Assembly (NCBI GenBank): GCA_025786725.1
Contig: JAHLTZ010000002.1
Span: 744,001-808,000 of the forward strand
Source of the DNA: Syncephalis fuscata S228
Lineage: Eukaryota; Fungi; Zoopagomycota
DNA length: 64,000 nt
Direction: 5' to 3'
The first letter of the stretch is position 1. The number at the start of each line of letters is the position of its first letter. Position numbers and translations under genes: made by a program. Shown one piece after another: positions 54,688-64,000 of the stretch. The notes beneath the pieces are model-generated. The model was not told the origin of the DNA. It saw only the letters and a program-made list of their open reading frames with translations, and searched no databases.

Positions 54688-55976
54688 ACTATACTTTGAG
54701 TCCCTAGCTTCAAACTGGGACAAAAAGATTTATAACTTGAATACTAAATCGTCAATCAGTTTTTACTACGGAAATGTGGTTTGTTGAAGTAGTACCACAT
54801 CAACTCCAATTGAATCAATCAGTGTCAATTAATCTGCACTATTTTCAATATCAAAATAAATATTAAATAGTATTTCATTTTACTTACAATAAAATGTTAT
54901 AGTTTGATTACGATATTGATGTAACAATGTCAGGTTGATTCCTTGTAATAGTAAATGGTAAGAAATCAGAAGGCCTTGGTTCACTACTGGCCATTATGCT
55001 GAATATACTGTGCATGTTTTTGCTGGCATTAACATCGCATTATTTATTCATTCATATAAACTATTGGTCTATTGTTACATCTTCTAGAATATGATTATAT
55101 TTCATTATTCTAACAATGACACCTTCTATGACTACACTTGTCTTTAAGAAACATCGACTTTGACTGCATTTCTTATCACACTCAGTAATTTATTGGTAAT
55201 ATGCTTTATAACAACGACTCTTAGTATTAAATGGCTTTAATGTTTCAACTTTGATTTCTACGTTTTTATTTATCTACTTCACTCCTCAATACTTTTCGAT
55301 ACAACTAAACATTCACTCATTACTATAACGTGTATAATATTACATCCAACATTAATTAATTCATGTGTAATTATCAATAAAATAATGTAACTAATTAGTT
55401 ATTTTATTATTGCTTTAATATATATATGCACTTTCATTATGATATTAATTGTTCAAAATGCTATATATTTAGTCAGATTAACTACAGGAAAAGTGGCTGT
55501 TTAATAAACGACTTTTATAATAATTATATTAATCTTGATCTTACATCACAAATATGCCCAAAATGCAACAGTAGAATATTAAAAAAATAGAAGAGATCGT
55601 TTAGATGCAATACTACATGCTATACGTAGATGCAACGACTGTGGAATGACATGAAATCGCAATCATATGGTTCTATTAATATTCGATTAATTTTTCTACA
55701 CATGGCCAGCAACAACAATAATTGGCCTTAAATGTTTCAATGAAATCAAATGGTATGTTAAATTATTTACTTAAGTGTTTAAAATAACAGCTACTAATAC
55801 AATGCTCTGTTACAATCAATTCTATTTCATGGAAATAATAATGTTATTATATTGGATTAATATTTATCGTAAATAATGATTTGAACACAATTTAATCCAA
55901 TCAACTCGTCAACTATTTAAATCGTTACAATTGATTGCGTAAAAAGATTTGCTGCATTGAGGAGTCAAAGTACAGT
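54688..55976 (+). mobile_element. TIR-bounded Fanzor-derived element (family 2, copy C), longest copy
   Basis: TIRs ACTATACTTTGAGTCC vs ACTGTACTTTGACTCC (14/16 match). The 3' part translates LTSQICPKCNSR...HAIRRCNDCGMT*NRNHM..NIRLIFLHMASNNNNWP. Confidence 0.8.
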
Positions 55977-56195
55977 TTAATTAAATTACTTAACGACCAA
56001 TTATAAATTAAACACGCGATCATTTGTACCTATCAATTCATCGATCAGGTGAGGCTTTCAGGTTTCACGACATTATATATATAGATTATAAGATGATTTT
56101 CTTTTTGTTTTAGTTTCTAGTTCGTATAGCGTTGGATTACTTTCTATTTCATTATAACTATACTATACTATACTACGTATTAACAGGTCAACACT

Positions 56196-57607
56196 ATGTC
56201 ACTACCTCAATCTGCTGCCATTCTAGGCTACCAGCCCGAACAGCCAGTAAACCCGTCTACGTACTTTGACGAGAATCCTGCCCCACGTAATTTGGCGACT
56301 CATGAGGCAAAGGTGGAAGCATTTGTACAGCAACATATAAATACCAATAGAAAAGTAGCACTAGTCACGGTAAGTGATTGATACTATTACTATTGAGTAT
56401 TTAATAGTCATAAACACTTGTCATGTATCGTTATAATAACAATAATAATTACTATTCTGTTTAGAGTGGCGGTACAACTGTGCCGTTGGAAGTCAATACC
56501 GTACGTTTTATGGATAACTTTAGTGCCGGTACACGCGGTGCTACATCAGCTGAATATCCTTGAGTTACTAGGGCACCATCTATTTCATTAACATATTATA
56601 ATGATCGCTTAACTACTATACTTATGATTATATACGTATTTGCTAGAACAAGGCTATGCCGTTATATTTATGCATCGACAATTCAGTCTGCAGCCATACA
56701 GTCGACACTACTCGCATACTACTAATTGTTTTTTGGACCATATGACATTGGATAAGAATGGTAAAATAGAAGGTACATTGGTAAATACATATATCAGTAT
56801 ATTCATTGCTAATGGATATGTTCATAAAGTGGGGGACCAATTCCGTCAGCGTATGACTGAAGTGCTGGCTAAATATCAAAAGGTAAATTGGTATAGACAT
56901 AGTATGAGTCCATTTATAATATATTGTAATTATTATAGGCTAAACAAGATGGCACACTGATTATGATTGATTTTGTTACGGTGACCGATTATCTATTTTT
57001 ACTTCGATCATGTTCTCGTATTATGTGTGTTCTTAAAGAAAAAGCACTGTTTTATCTGGCAGCTGCTGTAAGCGATTTCTTTATTCCAGCCAAAAAAATG
57101 GTATGCTATAACGAATACAATAGAATACAATAGAATACACTGCTAATAATGTTTATTATTATATAGGCTGAACACAAGATTCAATCCGGCGATGGTGGTT
57201 TGACACTATGTATGGATCAAGTGCCAAAGTTTCTAAAACCTTTAGTTAAAGAATGGACACCGTATGGATTTGTCGTATCGTTTAAGGTAATTGAATCCAA
57301 TAGATATTGATTAAAAATAGATAGATTATATGATATATACATACTATATTAGCTGGAAACCGATCCCTCTTTACTTATTCCAAAGGCTCGTCAAGCACTT
57401 CATCGCTATGGCCATCAGCTAGTGATTGGTAATATGCTGAATACACGTAAACGACTTGTAGTGTTGGTAGATCCAGAGAAAGAATGTAAAATACAACTAT
57501 CGGATGAACAGTTGAAACAAGGCGTGGAAATTGAAGAGCAAATTGTGGCACGACTAGCTGAACATCATGAACAGCATATTTTAAACTATCGGGCAAATCA
57601 TCATTAA
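56196..57607 (+). CDS. CAB2: Phosphopantothenate--cysteine ligase (PPCS/Cab2), multi-exon, with an AT-AC intron
   Basis: [72 protein letters not shown] and VIGNMLNTR. Confidence 0.93.
56554..56635 (+). other. U12-type AT-AC intron (82 nt)
   Basis: Starts ATATCCTTG, contains branch-like TCGCTTAAC (~56605-56613) and ends TATAC. Excision gives GCT GA|G TAT TTG CTA GAA, i.e. [14 protein letters not shown]. The unspliced frame hits TGA. Confidence 0.88.
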
Positions 57608-57709
57608 AACGATTATGCATTTAGTAGGCTTGTTTTTGTTTAGTGCGTAATTTTGAATACTTTAATAAAGTTTATAATTACAGTAAATTACAATGTATGC
57701 ACTACGCTA

Positions 57710-58753
57710 TTACATCCACAAATGATCATATCCATTTTGATTGTAATTATGATAATGGTTGTTGTTGTTGTTCTTATTATTATTATTGTTATTGTTGTTT
57801 GAGTATACGGGAGGTGCTGTTTGGGTGGGTGATGGTAATCTAACCATATCATATGGATTAGGCAGGAGTGTACGAGAATAGGTTGATTGATAGCGAAGTA
57901 GTGTGGTATCCACAGCGGGTAGACCACGTCCATAGTCTTTAGCACGTGGTTTACGTGGTTTATGTACTCGATGTTGACCAGGATTATAGGCGTAATAGCG
58001 ATCCCCGTCTAGTTCTGAGGCGTAACCAGCCATGGGTCGTTTGTATTTATCGTTTGATCTTAATGTTGTGTCCATAAATGCATAGTGATCAGGCGAGTGT
58101 TTGTGTGTTGTTGTAGTGGTGATGGCAGTCTTTACACCATTAAGTAGCCTTGATGGATATTTAGTCTTTTTCTGTGTATTGTATTTATGTAGAGCATTAT
58201 CCATCCAATTTAATACACGTTCAACACCATAAGAATAAGTTGATGCATTATCGGTTGTGATCGATGCGGCATTATCTTGTTTTTGTTCTTCGTAGTTTTG
58301 CATATACTGTTCTTTTGTCTTATTATTTGGCTTTTCTTCCTTCTCCTCCTCTGTGGCATAAGGACTCATGGATTGTCGTGTCCAGCCAAGTTCGGCAATA
58401 TCACTTCGCCACCACGGATCATCGGCCTCTTCTCTTTTTTCATTTTGTTTTATCGCTGGTTTAACATGAATATTAAGGAAGGGATGGTGAGCAGGCTTTT
58501 TCCTATCAACCTCTGACAAGTAAGGCGAATCTAGAAGGGGCGATGGGTGTGCGATGCTTTCCTCTAGTGGCTTTGTAAGCAATTGTCGTCGTTGTCGTGA
58601 AGGTGGCGATGACGGTGCAGGATAGTATGCATTATGTTCAGCCTTATTTCTTTCTCCTTTTTCGTTGTAGGAATGAAGCCGTGTCTCTAGCGTACGGACC
58701 TGCAGCTGCAACTGCTGTAATTGGCGAAGTAGTTCATGTTCATTAGTATCCAT
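57710..58753 (-). CDS. Hypothetical low-complexity protein (N-terminal coiled coil, Asn-rich C-terminus)
   Basis: Uninterrupted ~347-codon ORF from ATG at 58753. No recognised domain. Confidence 0.55.
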   Translation of the reverse strand: MDTNEHELLRQLQQLQLQVRTLETRLHSYNEKGERNKAEHNAYYPAPSSPPSRQRRQLLTKPLEESIAHPSPLLDSPYLSEVDRKKPAHHPFLNIHVKPAIKQNEKREEADDPWWRSDIAELGWTRQSMSPYATEEEKEEKPNNKTKEQYMQNYEEQKQDNAASITTDNASTYSYGVERVLNWMDNALHKYNTQKKTKYPSRLLNGVKTAITTTTTHKHSPDHYAFMDTTLRSNDKYKRPMAGYASELDGDRYYAYNPGQHRVHKPRKPRAKDYGRGLPAVDTTLLRYQSTYSRTLLPNPYDMVRLPSPTQTAPPVYSNNNNNNNNKNNNNNHYHNYNQNGYDHLWM

Positions 58754-59022
58754 TGGCAACTTGATTGAACAAGCGATAGAGTAAAATATGATACTACAGC
58801 TAAATAGTAAAAAGCAAAAGTCACTTGTTGATCAGTTTATTATAATGAATTAATAGAAATAGGCAAATGATAACAATAGAAAATAGTAATAATAATAATG
58901 GGTGTTGATAAGCTCAGGGCTATTTACGTAGATTGATTGGACTAGACTGTTTATAATATAAAAGCACATCCCATTGTAATGGCTGAAATGCATTTATATA
59001 GCATGCAAGACCTTTATTTGGT

Positions 59023-59057
59023 GTCCAGGTTTTCTTCGGAATCCTGTGACATATGAA

Positions 59058-59088
<31 letters not shown>

Positions 59089-59151
59089 TGCCCCTGCATA
59101 AGGATGACACGTAAATCTTGAGTGGATTACTCCTACGGGAGAATTTTTTTT
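59023..59151 (+). ncRNA. U6 spliceosomal snRNA (long variant)
   Basis: AAAATTGGAACGATACAGAGAAGATTAGCA (ACAGAGA box, AGC triad), ISL CCCCTGCATAAGGATGACACG, a 5' stem-loop with TTCG loop, a TATA-like box ~30 nt upstream and an oligo-T terminator. Confidence 0.92.
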
Positions 59152-59490
59152 GCATTGCTTACTTTGGTTTGAATAGACACGCCAGTACTGCCGGCAGTTG
59201 ATTTTTTGCTAAATTAGTGTGTACTTGCACCGTTATGCTTTCTGCAACATATAATAGTGTGTTATTTAATAAAAGTTTTATTAAATAGTTGTTTGCTATG
59301 TGCTAATGATTGTTGATTGACCACTCAACATATTAACACTTTCTACAATCGCTTAGTAGTATCGACTATTTGTATTGTCATTTTAATATATAAGTCATAT
59401 CATCAATGGTACAGTTAATCCTAATTGTTTATTCACACTGAAAACCGCAAGAAAGTACAAGCATAACAAATAAAATTATTACTTTCTAAT

Positions 59491-62416
59491 TTAACAATTC
59501 AACTGTATCACGGTTAGTATCGTGGCCATTAGCTGCTTTATAGTAGTTACCTTTATAATATTCTCGAGTACATTGAATGATATACCGGCACGTGAAAGTT
59601 CATTTAACGATGTTAATGGCCCATTTTCATCGATATATTCAACAATCTAAGGATGAAGATGAACATGAGTGATAAACTAAATAAATACGATAAGATAATT
59701 ACTTGTTGGGCCCGTTTTGCACCAATATTTTTAAATTTCTTAATAATACGAAGATCCATACTATTAAAGGCATGCATAAGACGCACTTCTGTCGTGCTAC
59801 GTGACATAGTATCGGGTGATTCTATACTACTTAGATTAGTTGATGATGATGCTGATGGTGGTGGTGAGACGGTAAAAGAATGATGAGAGGTATTTTTGGC
59901 AAGAACATTTTTAAAGCTATTTAACAGATTCGTGCCAAAACTGAGCGGGCCGTGGTTCTCTTTGTTACTATGTGTACCACCATTTAATGATTTACTTGTT
60001 GGTTTATCATTGGTAGAAGACAGTGCATTGCGTATACCTTCAATACGTTTCTGTAAGCTTTCTTTATCTGGAATAAATGCTTGTGCTATTACAATTGATT
60101 ATATATTAGCTATTCATAATCTCTATTTATTCATACCTTGTTCGTATAATCCAAGTGCTGCTTTAAATTCACCACTCTTTTCCAGTTGTTTGGCTCGTAA
60201 AATGTAGGCTTTAGCATTTTTTGTTTTTGTAGAGGGTGATAAGAAAGTGGCTATTTCTGTTGTAGTTGCCACAGATCTATTAATCAAAAATAGTATTTAA
60301 TTAACCTATATATTACAGCAACTAAATGACTTACTGTTGTTTACTTAACGAGCTCTTTCTTCGTCGTATCTTTTTTCTTTCTGGTTCACTGCTTTCTTGT
60401 GTTATATTTCTAAACAAAATAGCCAGTTAATTACAACATTAACAATTATCCCAAATAACATACTCTATTAGATTACAACTATCTTGCATTTCCTTTAGTT
60501 TACGTTCTAACATTCGACTAACGCACTCTTCAAGTTCTTCCTGGGACATATTGGGATTTCTCTTTCTTTCTCGTGCACGTATCTCGCTAAACGATGGTGT
60601 GGGCTGTTTAGCTTCTGGTTTGGCATTTTGATTACTAGCATTGTGTGGCCGTTTGTTCTTATTCTTTTCCACTGATCCATGAGCTGCGGTACGCACTGAT
60701 TTACCAAGTCCACGTGATCCAGGTCGTGGCACTGGTGGCCGTTCTAAGATACAACTATAAACAATCAAATACGATCGACTAATCAGTCAGCCTTACCATC
60801 TACTTCTGTAATCGACGCCTTATTAACTATAGTTTTTGATTTTTTGGCAAAATTCAGTGTACTATAAACGTGTTAGTCAGTTATTAGTTGAAATAGGCAT
60901 TAAACATACTTGATGGTATCCTGATAAAATTGCTATTCTGGTTATTAGTATGTTGTAATTGTTTATATGATTAATGCTACTTACATGTCCTGGTGCCACG
61001 TTGACTATCATTAAGCCCAATGATTTACCACCTAATGAATCCTATAGAGTGTATTGGTTAAAAGTTTATTTACACTATGCAATAGTATATCTACCTGAAG
61101 TATACGTGTCATCTTTGAATCTCGGAATGGGATTCGTGTCTATTATATGTATGTATAATTAGCGGCAGTAAACAATATTTACCGCCTACTTACTGAACCA
61201 TTATTAAGTGCTTCAACAACTTGACCAAGTACAAATAACGATCGATTAATGGCTCCACTCTCAGCCATTCGATCTTTTCCATTCTCAGTACGGCGATTGT
61301 CTTCAGACCCTGCCAAATCAATTAAATGACTCGGCCACATAGTGTTTTACCAGTAGTTGTGTCATTTATATCCACATAGACTACAAGAATGGCATGGGAT
61401 CGACTTGAATTGCCATTCAATTTAGTACTTGCTGTTGAGCGGCCCTTACATGCTTGTCTAATACATAGTTAGTAGTTGTAATAATAATAATAGTAATAAT
61501 AAACCTACTTAAACAGACGATCAAAATCAGCATAAGTATCAACTTTGTGCTATACCAGCTGTTAGTTGCTTAGTATTAATATGTATGTAAGTTAGCCATA
61601 CCTCAGATAACTGTGCCACAAAAATATTTCGCTGTGCATCTTCTCGAATAGCTAAACCAGAGGCCGGATTCTACAATAATATAAACACTATAGTATAAAT
61701 ACATGAATACATTAATACAATTTGAAATAGCTTACAGCATCTCTTGGGATAAGCAAATCATAAACAATTTCACGATAGATTTCCATATACGATATTCGAA
61801 TTGTCATATTTGATCGTTGTTTCTTTGCATCAAATATCAACCCAAGAGTGCGTGGAATAATACCAGGTTGTTTCTCACTACCCTGTATTGTGTGTGTTTT
61901 ACCAGCACCTGTAACACCGTAACAAAAAACAGTGGTGCTCTAAATCATTTATAATTAACAAAATAATAGCAGTTAACATTGGTTAATTAACATTTTAGTA
62001 TTCAATTAACTTACCAGTCCTTTAAATACATTCTCCACTAATGGCTGTATATGTTGCTTAAATATTTGGCCCTGAGAGGCGCGTGCATCGTAGCAGCCAT
62101 CAAAGCTAAGCATAGCAGATAATGGTTAATTCACAACTGCAATAACATCAATTCACGCTTACTTGAATCGATAAATCTCGCTACGGCTGCGGAGATTTGA
62201 AATCTCTACCGCGGTATTGTCAACCTTTACCGTCTCATCTTCATTCTCGTGCGCTAAAAAGGGACGTACACGACAAAGTACCTTGATCTGATGTTCGCGA
62301 CTATTATGGTTGTCGCTAGTAGACGCGTTAGACGCGACACTATCGTTGCTAATAGCAGAGGAGTTGGACAGTCGGTTGTGTGAAGGTTTCTGCCCACGCT
62401 TCCCAACAATAGTCAT
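59491..62416 (-). CDS. Kinesin-10/KIF22(Kid)-like motor with C-terminal helix-hairpin-helix; many introns; apparent frameshift near 61330
   Basis: [11 protein letters not shown]-loop [68 protein letters not shown] and Hh[18 protein letters not shown]. Confidence 0.85.
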
Positions 62417-63054
62417 GCTGGCAGTGCAATGTTTACGTTAGTCGAGAAATCTTTGGTAATAAACACGATAACAAGACGTGTTGTAATAGTTAGTTAATAG
62501 GATATGGATTTGGAGAAGAAAAGTAAATAAAGAAACAGGCGATTTTTATAAATAATAATAAACATTGATCTGTTTTCATATTCCACTTTGTTTCTATTCC
62601 TTGTCTCCATCAATTGCAAAATAGACTTTTACTAGGTATGTTTAATCAAATACGTTTTTGCTTTTGCACTATTGCCGGTGGAGTAAATGATGAATAGTTT
62701 TGTATCGTAATCTGTACCGTATAGCAAATAAGCTACTATATATATATTATATGTATTATATGTATATATAGTGCTTTGGCTACATGACGGATCTCAAATC
62801 TTCTCTCTGATTAACTCCTACTGAGCCGTATAAAGATCAAGACTTTGTATGTTCATAGCTAACATATTGATTGACACTAGATGATAATTGATGCAAGTGA
62901 ATGCCTTTATTATCTATTTGCCATAGAGAACGATTGAGCCAAATAAATGGTAGATTGTATTAGTTGTAATAGTGGCATTGGTATTAGTAGTAGATATTAG
63001 TTGTAATTATAATAAAACAATCAGCAATTGACCACAAGTGCATTAATATTTCTT

Positions 63055-63872
63055 TTATGCGCTGGCACGTGCTGTTTGCATCAGTTCTACTAGTCGCTTA
63101 GCGCCTACTAGCCAACGACCCTCTGAGTCAAAATCAGTTTGCATCAAGTCCAGATGTACTTGATTAGCTGTCGTGTAGTCTTGGCTGTTAATAGCTAATG
63201 GTTTGATGGTATTATGTGGCTATTAGCTTGCAAATGAGCAGTAAACGTGCATACTGTACTTACCATTTAGAAAAGTCGATAGTGCTGTTAATATATGGGC
63301 TTTCACTTGATTGTCTTTCAATCGCACTAACAATTCGTTCATGCGACGCTTTGTATCCTCTAGCATGCGCTTCTGCGTTGGCTGTGACAAATATGAGCAC
63401 AGATGCCGTGTTTAAGCTAGTATTTACAACTTACATTAAATACGGCAATTGCCGCAGTACATTCTTCCAAAATAGCTTGGATACTAGTGGCTAGCCCGTT
63501 TACATCGAGACTATCGCCTGTCTTTGTATTGGTGTCACTTTGTTTCTCGTCGTTGTCTGACGAAGGGAGCGTGCCTGAGCGCTTGCGTGCAGAGGCTAGT
63601 ACAGACGTTGGCACATCATTCCAGTGTCCATCCTCAGTATGATTGTAATCGCGGAAATCGCGATAATTGCCCGTCTGTGAGTACTGATATGGCGTGTCAG
63701 GCACTGTGCTGCGTCGTGGAGGGGCAGGAGGTCTATTAGCGGCATTTAGGCCGGTGAATGGCGGTGGTGGTGGCAAAGAAGGCTTCTCAGACAACAAAGC
63801 ATCATGATTAAGCGTAGATTGCACAGTAGAAGTGCTGGCGCAAGTATTAATCGTTGAAGCGTCGCCTACCAT
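63055..63872 (-). CDS. SRA1/Sec31-C-domain protein (SRAP-like), spliced
   Basis: Pro-rich N-terminus with HWNDVP; helical C-terminus KRMLEDTKRRM...DYTTANQVHLDLM...WLVGAKRLVEL. Confidence 0.65.
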
Positions 63873-64000
63873 GATGTAGAGGAATAGATATAAAAGCTAG
63901 GAATGCAAGGGTGGTTTTATTTGTGAAGAGATTGAATATTTAATGATAGTGGGGAGATTTCCCCTTTTCTATTTAATTAATTTGATTCTCTATTGAACAT

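Noticed and set aside
59023-59151. U6atac assignment, given the nearby AT-AC intron
   Set aside because: It has ACAGAGA and a 5' stem-loop typical of major U6, not the AAGGAGA box of U6atac.

Overview
Eukaryotic, intron-rich, AT-rich DNA. The gene content and short GT-AG introns point to an early-diverging (zygomycete-grade) fungus; this is inference. The backbone is about 15 housekeeping genes: EFM7/NNT1, long-chain acyl-CoA synthetase, ARG4, VPS5-like sorting nexin, MBF1, DAHP synthase, TRM2, eIF3g, mitochondrial-type MetAP, VMA22/CCDC115, CCR4, BCAS3-like, BCD1, PPCS/CAB2, KIF22-like kinesin and SRA1-like. There is also an initiator tRNA-Met and a U6 snRNA. Several things are hidden from the ORF track. 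(1) Five decayed Fanzor (eukaryotic TnpB-like, RNA-guided RuvC nuclease) remnants of two families. One family forms ~660-bp inverted repeats bracketing a secreted, probably catalytically dead subtilase gene. The other forms TIR-bounded non-autonomous elements with conserved structured arms (omega-RNA candidates). (2) Two U12-type (minor spliceosome) introns, one of them AT-AC. (3) A U6 gene with an extra 3' UNCG hairpin. (4) A 2.7-kb dispersed duplication of an F-box-like gene. (5) Tandem GPCR paralogs. Several conserved genes carry single-base frameshifts that are most likely assembly indels. Exon boundaries and translations were read by eye.
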